From Gaiellaceae bacterium (GTDB lineage Bacteria > Actinomycetota > Thermoleophilia > Gaiellales > Gaiellaceae): DNA of 64,000 bases. How positions within the stretch are numbered: position 1 is the stretch's first letter; every line of letters starts with the position of its first letter. A model generated the notes under the pieces. That model searched no databases and was not told where the DNA came from. It saw only the letters and a program-made list of their open reading frames with translations. The DNA lies in the NCBI GenBank assembly GCA_035274625.1, contig DATENZ010000055.1, positions 5 through 64,004 of the forward strand, in the 5' to 3' direction. The translations under genes and the position numbers were made by a program. Of the stretch, positions 53,501 through 61,306 are shown in pieces.

Positions 53501-53825
53501 CCGCGAGCGTCTCGGCGAGCGCGTCGCCGAGCTGCGACCGCAGCGCCTCTGCGAGGCCCCGCGCGAGCACCGGCACGGACACGTCCTCGCGGGTGATCGT
53601 GTACCAGGCGCACTCGACGTCGGCCGCCCACGACGCAAGGAGTGTCGTCTTCCCGAACCCGGGGCCCGCGACGACGACCGTAACGCGCCGCCCGAACGCC
53701 TCGTCCAGCCGGGCCTCCAGCGCAGGCCGGCGTACGGCCAGTGCCGGCACCGCCGGCACGGTGGTCTTGGCGGTCGCCGTCGCCTGCCGCACTGCGTCAT
53801 CTTCCGCCGCTTCGGCGATCAGCAC
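50493..53825 (-). CDS. Large NTPase-TPR regulator with a C-terminal SARP module (wHTH + BTAD)
   Basis: P-loop VVAGPGFGKTTLL and Walker B VVLIIDDLD. About 600 aa of TPR-like helical repeats. C-terminal OmpR-type wHTH (IRTLGGFVVLRDGQPV...KKARDLLKLL...LMEALWP) and BTAD (RVLARDPHDEEAHLALVDALAHAGRHGEARRRY). Confidence 0.85.
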   Translation of the reverse strand: MLIAEAAEDDAVRQATATAKTTVPAVPALAVRRPALEARLDEAFGRRVTVVVAGPGFGKTTLLASWAADVECAWYTITREDVSVPVLARGLAEALRSQLGDALAETLAALGPAPNAAADRERAASVASLLTEALERSLAYDVVLIIDDLDRLTGAAAARLIEELCRQAPPTLHVVLASRAEPPFPLARLRKEGDLLELDAAALAFQPGEVEELLAESLWEAHPDLAQLLQEATQGWPGAVRLALDALETAPPAEHDEVLRRLRRPGGALFTYLAESVLGREPAAVREALSLVSVLEGFAPAVFTAICGPRSGEVLERLVRRGLLAHSPTPEGGWYRPHALVREFVLERWPVSDAERRRVFGEAARWSESLGDSRAALHAAASARDVDLVAGLLARRGHALLEAGSVADVLEAAALVPVERRQPGVEEVVGAAHALRGEWQEALACLERAGGGCEAIPAGLAWRIGRIHFERGDLSRALESYRRAIRDGTSPRDEALVLAATVATHFSLGEAAAAHDLADETMAAAVAANDPRALAAAHNAMGLIALAAADESAATAHFDDALDAAEAAGDVLQVIRIRINRAGPASPPQAIRDLEPAVALAEVADADLYLGAVLNARAMNTYFLGRFDESIADLERARAIFDRLGSKRLGRVLAALAHVHRERGDLTLARTLYTEALALAERTADAQGLVDLRAGFACALAAEDPDAAAAVAEQAVDEGRRLQFWLVRALLAAGWVALVRGEAERAGALAAEAFQRAHDSPNRADLAEALELDAFSHAGDADTRRRQLEEALSVWRELGNRVGEARVTLAIARTSSAASGSAERAERRLREAGVRIEAAASAAGLLAVLPPTAAEPVAIRTLGGFVVLRDGQPVAVTEWQSKKARDLLKLLVARRGHPVPRETLMEALWPGEDPARLGNRFSVAISTARSVLDPERRFPAEHFVDGDKASLRLDLAHVEVDVELFLREAEDALRLARAADSADAQEALALAEERYAGEFLEDDPYEDWAAALREEARAAYMAVARELGALHALAGDADAAERYLLRVLARDPHDEEAHLALVDALAHAGRHGEARRRYRMYVDRMAEIEIEPAPLPAPRRGGRGVALRSP

Positions 53826-53830
53826 AACCT

Positions 53831-53852
53831 CGCCCTAAGACCGCCCTAAGGG
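53831..53852 (+). promoter_or_regulatory. Tandem direct repeat CGCCCTAAGA / CGCCCTAAGG (11-bp phasing) upstream of ORF 53906
   Basis: Plus strand reads CGCCCTAAGACCGCCCTAAGGG, then 8 nt, then GAGACT. It lies 54 nt upstream of the ATG at 53906 and, on the other strand, abuts the regulator's GTG at 53825. Confidence 0.5.
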
Positions 53853-53905
53853 CGCAGCGGAGACTCGTCCGGACAGCGACGGCGGCGACCAGGAGGTGAG
53901 TTGCG

Positions 53906-54187
53906 ATGACGGCAGCGCTCTACAACATGACGGCAGCGGATTGGCGGGAGCTCGACCAGCGAACCGTGGACGGGCTGGAGGTCTCACTGCTCTGGCCGGG
54001 GACGCCGGGCGACGTGGTGGTGCGAGTGCTCGATCGCAGAGCGGGCGACGCCTTCGAGCTGCTCGTCGACGGACGGGACGCGCTCGACGCCTTTCGGCAT
54101 CCGTACGCGTACGCGGCGGTGCAGGGCGTGGCCTACACGGTGCCGGCGCGGGCAGGCGAGCCGGATGCCGAGCCCCTGGCGTGTTGA
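53906..54187 (+). CDS. Hypothetical small protein (93 aa)
   Basis: Strong RBS AGGAGGTGA 7 nt before the ATG. Protein-like sequence (VSLLWPGTPGDVVVRVLDRRAGDAFELLVDGRDALDAFRHPYAYA). Confidence 0.55.
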   Translation: MTAALYNMTAADWRELDQRTVDGLEVSLLWPGTPGDVVVRVLDRRAGDAFELLVDGRDALDAFRHPYAYAAVQGVAYTVPARAGEPDAEPLAC

Positions 54188-54330
54188 CGATCGTTCGCGC
54201 GGTCGGCAACGGCTGGCAACTGCGACGTGCTACAACGACTGTGCGGAGCTCCGCTCGCCCAGCTCTCCGCCTGCTCGTTTCTCTCCCCAGAGCGGTGGAG
54301 TCTTTCGCGTGTAGCGGAGCTCCAGCCCTG

Positions 54331-54969
54331 TTACTTGACGGCGCGGTACTTGAGATGAGCGACGCCGGGCGCTTCGACCGCTCGCACCTGCTCGAGCTCC
54401 AGCTCGGGGCCGACTCCGGCGAAGAGCCGCGCCCCGCCGCCGAGCACCAGCGGGACGACGTGCAGCTCGAGCTCGTCGACGAGCCCGGCGGCCAGGTACT
54501 GGTCGACCGCGCTCGCGCCGCCGCCGATGAAGACGTCACGGCCCGCGGCGGCCTCCCGCGCCTGCTCGAGCGCCGACTCGATCCCGTCGGTGACGAAGGT
54601 GAACGTCGTGTCCGCCAGCGTCAGCGGCTCCCGCTCGTGGTGGGTCAGGACGAACACGGGCATGTGGAAGGGCGGCTCTTCGCCCCACCAACCGCGCCAC
54701 AGCGGCTCGGCCCACGGGCCGGGTCCGCCGCCGAACTTGCCCCGCCCCATGATCTCGGCGCCGATGTTCGCGACGGATTCCTCGACCACCGGCGTGCTCG
54801 CGCTCACCTCGCCGCCCTCCAGCCCGTGCGGCTCGCGCCAGGCGCGAAGCGCGACCATCCACTCGTGAAGCCTCTCGCCGCCCTCGCCGAGCGGGTTCTC
54901 GAGGCTCTGGTTCGGACCCGCGACGTAGCCGTCCGCCGACACCGTGATGGATGCCCTCACTCTCGTCAT
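54331..54969 (-). CDS. Dihydrofolate-reductase-like (RibD C-terminal domain) family protein
   Basis: ITVSADGYVAGPN opening; VFIGGGASAVDQYLAAGLVDELELHVVPLVLGGG. Confidence 0.85.
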   Translation of the reverse strand: MTRVRASITVSADGYVAGPNQSLENPLGEGGERLHEWMVALRAWREPHGLEGGEVSASTPVVEESVANIGAEIMGRGKFGGGPGPWAEPLWRGWWGEEPPFHMPVFVLTHHEREPLTLADTTFTFVTDGIESALEQAREAAAGRDVFIGGGASAVDQYLAAGLVDELELHVVPLVLGGGARLFAGVGPELELEQVRAVEAPGVAHLKYRAVK

Positions 54970-55049
54970 ACCCCTACAGACCTCGTTCCCCGCCGAAAGT
55001 CATCGCGATCACGCGGAATCCGTGGGCTCCACGGCACGTTGCATTCGTC

Positions 55050-55442
55050 ATGAGCATCTTTGCGAAGGATCCCAAGCGGGACGAGCTCCGGCGTGTACCG
55101 CTGTTCGCGGCGCTTCCGCGCAAGCAGTTCGACCTGCTCGTGCGAGCGGCGGACATCGTCGAGTTTCCCGCCGGCCGAGACGTGATCCGCGAAGGCGACA
55201 ACGGCCACGAGTTCTTCGCCATCGCCGACGGCGAAGTGGCGATCTCGAAGCGCGGCCGGCCGATCGCGACGGAGTCCACCGGCGACGTCTTCGGCGAGAT
55301 TGCGCTCCTCCGCGGGATCCCGCGGACGGCCACGGTCACGACGACCGCGCCCACGCGGGCGTTCGTTCTCACCGCCCAGGCCTTCAGGAGCATCCTCGCC
55401 CCGAGCTTCGCGGGCGCGCCGCTGCCCCCCGACGTGAGGTAA
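55050..55442 (+). CDS. Cyclic-nucleotide-binding domain protein
   Basis: RRVPLFAALPRKQFDLL...GDVFGEIALLRGIPRTATV (FGE...RTA cNMP cassette). Confidence 0.8.
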   Translation: MSIFAKDPKRDELRRVPLFAALPRKQFDLLVRAADIVEFPAGRDVIREGDNGHEFFAIADGEVAISKRGRPIATESTGDVFGEIALLRGIPRTATVTTTAPTRAFVLTAQAFRSILAPSFAGAPLPPDVR

Positions 55443-55460
55443 CCGCGCGACGACGTCTCG

Positions 55461-56231
55461 TCAGCGCAGAGCGTCGAACTCGGCGTCACTCAGCTCGATC
55501 TCCAGCGCGGCGAGGTTCTCCTTCAGGTGGTCGAGCGAGAGTGTGCCGGGGATCGGCAGCATCGCCGGCGAGCGCCTGAGGAGCCAGGCAAGCGTGATCT
55601 GCTCGGGTTTCGCGGCGTGTCGCTCCGCGATCTCGGTCAGCGCGCGACGTCCCTCGCCGCCGAGCGGAAAGAAGGGCACGAACGCGATCCCTTCGGCGGC
55701 GCAGTAGTCGACGACGTCCTCGTACCGGCGCTCCGAGAGGTTGTAGTGATTCTGGACCGCCGCGATCGGGACGACCGCGCGTGCCTGCTCGATCTGGCCG
55801 ATCGTGACCTCGGACAGCCCGACATCACGGATCTTCCCGCTGTCCCGATACTCCTTCATCGCGCCGAGGCTCTCCTCGATCGGGGTCGAGGGGTCGACCC
55901 GGTGCAGGTAGTAGAGGGCGATGCTGTCCGTCGCGAGCCGCCGGAGGCTCTCCTCGATCTGCGCGCGCAGGACCTCGGGTCGCCCTCGCCCCGCTCCGCC
56001 GCCGCCTCCGCCCTTCGTCGCCACCACGAGCCCCTCCCGGAACGGCGAGAGAGCGGCACCGATCGTCTGCTCGCTCTCCCCGCCGGTGTACGAGTAGGCC
56101 GTGTCGATGTGGTTCACGCCGGCGGCTGCGGCCTCCTCGACGAACGCGACGTGCTCGGGCGTGTTCGTGAGCCGATTCGTGCCGAGGCCGATGCGGCTCA
56201 CCTCGACATCGCCGAGTCTCACGCCGGTCAT
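55461..56231 (-). CDS. Aldo/keto reductase
   Basis: IGLGTNRL, IDTAYSYTGGESE, LYYLHRVD, PIPGT. Confidence 0.9.
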   Translation of the reverse strand: MTGVRLGDVEVSRIGLGTNRLTNTPEHVAFVEEAAAAGVNHIDTAYSYTGGESEQTIGAALSPFREGLVVATKGGGGGGAGRGRPEVLRAQIEESLRRLATDSIALYYLHRVDPSTPIEESLGAMKEYRDSGKIRDVGLSEVTIGQIEQARAVVPIAAVQNHYNLSERRYEDVVDYCAAEGIAFVPFFPLGGEGRRALTEIAERHAAKPEQITLAWLLRRSPAMLPIPGTLSLDHLKENLAALEIELSDAEFDALR

Positions 56232-56246
56232 GCCCCCATACTGCCG

Positions 56247-57257
56247 TTACGCCTCGGGCTTGCGGGCTCGGCTGGGCGCCACCCGCGGCGGCTCGTCCGG
56301 CTGCTTCGGGTACACAGGCGGCCAGGGCGCGTCCTTGAGGCCGGCGGCCCGATCCCGCTCGTGAAGCATCAGCAGCGGCTCGAGGGACTGCGGCGGCTCG
56401 TCGATGCCCGCCCACGGGTCACCGGCGGCGGCCAGCCGCTCGGGCACGCTCGCGATCGTCAGCTCGTCGGGCTCCACGGTCTCGATCTCCGCCCAGGTCA
56501 GGGGCGTCGAGACCTGGCCACCGGGCCTGGCGCGCGCCGACCACGCACCGAACACCGTCTTGTGCGGCGCGTTCTGGTTGAAGTCGACGAAGACGCGGCG
56601 TCCGCGCTCCTCCTTCCACCAGGCGGAGGTGATCAGCTCGGGCCGGCGGCGCTCGAGCTCGCGTGCCGCGGCGACCGCGGCTGCTCTGACCTGGTGCGAG
56701 TCCCAGCGCGGCTCCAGCCGGACATAGACGTGCAGGCCGCGGCTGCCGGTCGTCTTCGGGAAGCCGGCCAGCCCGACCTCGTCGAGCAGGCGGCGGAGCT
56801 CGCCGGCGGCGGCCCGCACGTCGTCGAAGCCGACACCCGGCTGCGGGTCGAGGTCGAGGCGCAGCTCGTCGGCGACGTCCTGCCGGTCGTGACGGTACGG
56901 CCAGAGATGAAAACCGAGGCAGGCGAGGTTCACGGCCCAGATCACGTGCGCCATGTCGGCGAGAACCAGTGCGCGGGAGGTCGTCCCGTTCGGCGTGCTG
57001 ACGACGGTCGTCTCCAGCCACTCCGGCCGGCTCTCCGGCACACGCTTCTGGAAGAAGGAGCTCCCCTCCGCGCCGTGCGGGAAGCGCTGCATGAGGGTCG
57101 GCCGCGCCCCGGCGGCGTGCATGAGCGGCTCCGCCACGGCGAGGTAGTACCGCACCAGATCGAGCTTCGTCTCGCCGCGCTCCGAGAAGAACACCTTGTC
57201 CGGGCTGGTGATCGTGATCTCTCGCCCCGCGACGTCCACGACGTGCTCCTCGCGCAT
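56247..57257 (-). CDS. Stand-alone NHEJ primase-polymerase (LigD PolDom-like)
   Basis: ITSPDKVFF, LMQRFPHG, RLDLDP, KTTGSRGLHVYV, VFVDFNQN blocks of the AEP/LigD polymerase domain. The N-terminal extension of the track ORF is not protein-like. Confidence 0.85.
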   Translation of the reverse strand: MREEHVVDVAGREITITSPDKVFFSERGETKLDLVRYYLAVAEPLMHAAGARPTLMQRFPHGAEGSSFFQKRVPESRPEWLETTVVSTPNGTTSRALVLADMAHVIWAVNLACLGFHLWPYRHDRQDVADELRLDLDPQPGVGFDDVRAAAGELRRLLDEVGLAGFPKTTGSRGLHVYVRLEPRWDSHQVRAAAVAAARELERRRPELITSAWWKEERGRRVFVDFNQNAPHKTVFGAWSARARPGGQVSTPLTWAEIETVEPDELTIASVPERLAAAGDPWAGIDEPPQSLEPLLMLHERDRAAGLKDAPWPPVYPKQPDEPPRVAPSRARKPEA

Positions 57258-57915
57258 GGACGCAACCGTAGCCGGGAGCACCCGAACGGGGTCTCTCAGA
57301 CATTCGGCGGCTGAAGTCCGGTCCTGAACCCGGGATGAAGGAAGGTGTCCCTCGCCCGTCGAACCCGGCGCAATGCCGCTCGGCTTGCGCGAAGTGGACT
57401 GACGGCCGCGCGACTCCGGGCGGCTACGAGGCCGAGCCTGCCGCACAGCTCGGCCTCCTGAAGAGCGATCCTGGCCGGCCCTGTGTGCGTCGTCGACGGG
57501 GAGGTCCGGGCGTGGTCGTCGCCCATGCCGTCGATCTCCAGCTCTAGTTCGCGGGCCGCAGCTGTTCAATGCGACGCGGGGGAGGAGCAGTACCACTGCG
57601 CCGTCAGTCCCCCAGGCAAACCCGCGCCGCATGCGGTCCACCCGCACGAGGTGGTTTCGCCTCGCGAGCCTCGACTCCTCCCCGCGCTAGATCGCGACGC
57701 GGGATCAAGGGGCCGGAAGGCGTGAGCCGCACTTTGCCTGAATGCGTCCCGCCGCAGAATCCGGCCCCGGCCGAAACGCTAGAAGCGTTTCGAGGCGACC
57801 AACACGCACGCAAGGCGGGACAGCACTAACCGAGGTCTAGGGCCGAGCGCGCCGTTTACTCGGGTCGACCGCGGGAACGCGCGCGTCCAATGTCGTTTTC
57901 GCGGAAGGAGTTACG

Positions 57916-58068
57916 TTGATCGGGGCAGCTCTCGCACTCATCGTTCTCGGCGTCATCCTGCTGTTCATCCTGCCGTGGGTCGGGATCCCGCTCGGGATCG
58001 CCGGACTGGTCCTCGTCGCCCTGTTCTTGGCCGGCTTCGGGCGGCGGGCAGCGGAGGGACGGCCGTAG
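57916..58068 (+). CDS. Small hydrophobic membrane protein (50 aa)
   Basis: Below the ORF-track length cut-off. TTG start 5 nt after GGAAGGAG. Sequence LIGAALALIVLGVILLFILPWVGIPLGIAGLVLVALFLAGFGRRAAEGRP. Confidence 0.4.
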   Translation: MIGAALALIVLGVILLFILPWVGIPLGIAGLVLVALFLAGFGRRAAEGRP

Positions 58069-58111
58069 TCGCCGCCGCAACCCGCTAGCCGCCGGCAAAT
58101 CTCGCGGAATC

Positions 58112-58393
58112 GTGTTGGGCACACCCTGGGAGTACCGGTTTCTCACCGAGTTCACCGACGGCTACCTCGGCGAACACTTCGATGTCGGCTGGTCGTGGGG
58201 CTTCACGCGCACAGATGAGGAGCACATCGTCCGGATCCTGCTCGCCCCTGGCATCGAGCGGATCCGCGACGCACCCCGGGAGTGCCGTGAGGCGATCATG
58301 TCCCGCGGCGGCAGCGTCGCCCGCGAGCTCGCGCACCGGGAGCGCTTACCGCCGGTCGTCACCATCACGGCCTCCGGGCTGACAGAGCCGTAG
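58112..58393 (+). CDS. Hypothetical protein, copy A of a duplicated small gene
   Basis: 93 aa (WEYRFLTEF...FDVGWSWGFTR..EEHIVRILLAPGIERIRDAPRECREAIMSRGG). About 80% nucleotide identity to 62790-62990. Confidence 0.55.
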   Translation: MLGTPWEYRFLTEFTDGYLGEHFDVGWSWGFTRTDEEHIVRILLAPGIERIRDAPRECREAIMSRGGSVARELAHRERLPPVVTITASGLTEP

Positions 58394-58402
58394 CTTCGGG
58401 CG

Positions 58403-59104
58403 ATGCCTCGTCGTGGCCGAACTCTCGCCGTCGACGTCGGCGGCACCCACGTCAAGGCGCTCGTCGAGGGCGCGGACGAACGGCGGCGCTTCAAGACGCC
58501 GCGGCGACTCACGGCGGAAGACATGGTGGCGCGGACGCTCGAGCTCGTGGACGGTTGGAGGTTCGATCGTGTCTCCATCGGTGTACCGGCGCAGGTGGTG
58601 CACGGCCGCGTCGTGCACGAGCCCGTGAACCTCGGGCGAGGCTGGATCGGCTTCGACTACGGGCGTGCTTTCGGGAAGCCGACGAAGGTCGTGAACGACG
58701 CCGTGATGCAGGCGATCGGCGGCTACGACGGCGGCAAGATGCTCTTCCTCGGCTTCGGCACCGGTCTCGGCTCGGCGATGATCGTCGACGGCCTCGTCGA
58801 GGCACTCGAGCTCGGCCATCTGCCGTTCCGCCGTGCGACGTTCGAGGACTACGTCAATCGCGAGGGCCGGAAGCGACTCGGTCGAAAGCGCTGGCGGGCG
58901 GCAGTACTGGAAACCGTCGACCTCTTCCGCCAGGCGCTCCAGCCCGACTCCATCCTCCTCGGCGGCGGTCTCGCCGACGACCTCGGCGCCTGCCCGGCGA
59001 ACGTCACGCTGGGAGGAAACGACGACGCCTTCACCGGTGGATTCAAGCTGTGGCAGCCACGCGCTCGTAGAGGGCAGCCAGCTCTCGGGTACCGCAGCTC
59101 CTGA
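58403..59104 (+). CDS. ROK-family sugar kinase (polyphosphate/ATP glucokinase-like)
   Basis: LAVDVGGTHVK, VNDAVMQAIGG, LGFGTGLGSA. Confidence 0.8.
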   Translation: MPRRGRTLAVDVGGTHVKALVEGADERRRFKTPRRLTAEDMVARTLELVDGWRFDRVSIGVPAQVVHGRVVHEPVNLGRGWIGFDYGRAFGKPTKVVNDAVMQAIGGYDGGKMLFLGFGTGLGSAMIVDGLVEALELGHLPFRRATFEDYVNREGRKRLGRKRWRAAVLETVDLFRQALQPDSILLGGGLADDLGACPANVTLGGNDDAFTGGFKLWQPRARRGQPALGYRSS

Positions 59105-59297
59105 CGCACCGCGCGGTTGGGCCAAGACGAAGAACCGCGACTACTGGCGGTGCGGCCAGGAGGTCTACATCCGGCGGCGCAAAGAGGCGTGGACGCGTCA
59201 CGACCGGCGGGCTGTCGCGGGGCTTCCGCTCCGCCGAGCTTGCTGAGGACGGCGGGAACGCGGTTTTTGTCTGGCCGGCCGGGGCAACGGATTCGGC

Positions 59298-60671
59298 ATG
59301 GCGGTTCAGACGTCGATTCTGCCTCCGCGTTATCAGAATCCGCGTGAGATCGGCCGCGGCGGCATGGGCGAGGTCTACGCCGCCGACGACCGCGAGCTCG
59401 CTCGCTGCGTTGCCGTTAAGCTCCTCGCCGACCGGTTCGCGCAGAACGAAGCCGTCCGGCTCAGGTTCAAGCGAGAGGCGCTGACGGCTGCCAAGCTTGC
59501 CGGCGACGGCGCCGTGACGATCTTCGACGTCGGCGAATGGGAGGGGCGACCGTACATCGTGATGGCGTTTCTTCCTGGTGGATCGCTGGCCGATCGGGTC
59601 GTGGATGGGCAGCCGCCGCGACAGCAGGCGCTGGACTGGCTCGAGCAAGCGGCTGCCGCGCTCGATGCCGCGCATCGCAGCGGCATCGTCCACCGTGACG
59701 TCAAGCCCGCGAACCTCCTGCTCGACGATCGCGACCACATTCGCATCGGCGATTTCGGCGTCGCCAGCGCGGTCGGACTCGATTCGCTCACCGCAACGGG
59801 CACGATCCTCGGCACCGCCGGGTACCTAGCGCCGGAGCAGGCGCAGGGTGTACGCGCCGGCCCGCCAAGCGACGAGTACGCGCTCGGAGTGGTCGCCTTC
59901 GAGCTGCTGACCGGTGAGCGGCCGTTCGCGAATGACCTCCCGACCGTGGAGGCCGCCGCGCACATCCACTCGCCGGTGCCCTCCGCGTGTGCGCGGCAGC
60001 GGACGCTGCCATGTGAGGTCGACGCCGTCTTCGAGCGTGCGCTCGCCAAGGAGCCGGGCGAGCGGTACCCGAGCTGCCTCGCTTTCGTCCGCGCGCTTCG
60101 GGCGGCGCTCGATCCTCGTCGCGAACACACGACGCTCGTCGCCGCTCGGGCCGGCCCGGATCGGCGGTTCAGTCTGAAGCCGGTCTTGATCCTGCTCGCG
60201 GTGGCGGCCGCGGCGGTTGCGGGGGGCGTCGGCGCGGTGCTCGCGACGATGACCGACGATTCCGCGCCACCCCGGCGGGTCGTGGTAACCGCGCAGGGGA
60301 ACGTGACCACGGTTCGCGAGACCGTGACGCAAACTGCGGTGCAGCCCGCGGCGGCGCCGCCGCCGGCCACGAGCCAGGCGGCTCCTGCCGCCTCGGGCGG
60401 CGCGGCGCTGAACGACAGCGGGTACTCGCTCATGCGCGACGGGCGGTATGAGGAAGCCCGTCCACTTCTGCAGCAGGCCGTTGACCGGCTCCGCGGCACG
60501 TACTCGAGTGGGAACCGCTACGAGGCGTGGGCGGACTACAACCTCGCCTACACGCTCATCCATCTCGGGAGCTGCGCGGCGGCATTGCCGCTCCTCGAGC
60601 GGTCCGAGGAGCTTCAGGGGCGCAGGCGCGAGATCAGCACCGCGAAGGCTGCGGCCCGCCGCTGCTCGTAG
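59298..60671 (+). CDS. Transmembrane Ser/Thr protein kinase with an extracytoplasmic TPR-like tail
   Basis: GRGGMGEVY, AVKLL, HRDVKPANLL, DFG, GTAGYLAPE; one TM helix (VLILLAVAAAAVAGGVGAVLA). Confidence 0.9.
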   Translation: MAVQTSILPPRYQNPREIGRGGMGEVYAADDRELARCVAVKLLADRFAQNEAVRLRFKREALTAAKLAGDGAVTIFDVGEWEGRPYIVMAFLPGGSLADRVVDGQPPRQQALDWLEQAAAALDAAHRSGIVHRDVKPANLLLDDRDHIRIGDFGVASAVGLDSLTATGTILGTAGYLAPEQAQGVRAGPPSDEYALGVVAFELLTGERPFANDLPTVEAAAHIHSPVPSACARQRTLPCEVDAVFERALAKEPGERYPSCLAFVRALRAALDPRREHTTLVAARAGPDRRFSLKPVLILLAVAAAAVAGGVGAVLATMTDDSAPPRRVVVTAQGNVTTVRETVTQTAVQPAAAPPPATSQAAPAASGGAALNDSGYSLMRDGRYEEARPLLQQAVDRLRGTYSSGNRYEAWADYNLAYTLIHLGSCAAALPLLERSEELQGRRREISTAKAAARRCS

Positions 60672-61276
60672 GGTTCTTGGCGTGACGGAACCGGCGCGGT
60701 GATCCGTGCACGCCCGCTCCGACCCCGGAGACGATTTCGCCGTCGTCGTCTAGAACCCGCGCGATCGCGGGCGACGTAGGGGCAAGACGACGATCGCGGC
60801 TACTGGCGGTACGGGCATCGAGGTCCGACGCGATCCAGCGCGGCATTGAGCGACCACAACCAAGGCGTGGTACAAAGCCGCGGGACGAAGCCCCGCTCGC
60901 GGCATCTCCCCGCTAGCTAGCTCTCTCCCCAGGCCGGCGGGAAAAGCTTGGTCACGCGTGCGGGGCTTCTCCGCCTGCGGCTTGTAAGGGTGGGAGCGGT
61001 GCGACCTCCCCCGACGCAACCGCTCCCGCGCGTGTCCGGGATTCTTAGGCCGGTACACGCAATCCGCAAGACCCCATGATGCGCTGGTCCGGCTGCGGCG
61101 ACCGGTACCAGCTCCAATTGGATTCCCCGACCGCCGACGGGAAAGCCACGATCGGTGACTGTCTCGGTGTCCGAACCGGTGGCTCAGCGTGCGAACGTGC
61201 GTTCGTGACGTCGCAGGGGAGCGGCACGGCCGGTTCACCCTGGCCGACGCGTCCGCGGCCGCGAACTCTGGTGATA

Positions 61277-61304
61277 GAAAAGGCCCCGCAAATGGGGGCC
61301 TTTT
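61277..61304. terminator. Canonical bidirectional intrinsic terminator (A-tract, GGCCCC stem, T-tract)
   Basis: GAAAAGGCCCC-GCAAATG-GGGGCCTTTT, located 3 nt beyond the tRNA-like 3' end on the minus strand. Confidence 0.75.
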
Positions 61305-61306
61305 CA

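Noticed and set aside
57296-57829. Several 70-90-aa ORFs on both strands upstream of the PolDom gene
   Set aside because: None has an RBS, a domain signature or convincing composition. They are treated collectively as possible ligase debris (see findings), not as genes.
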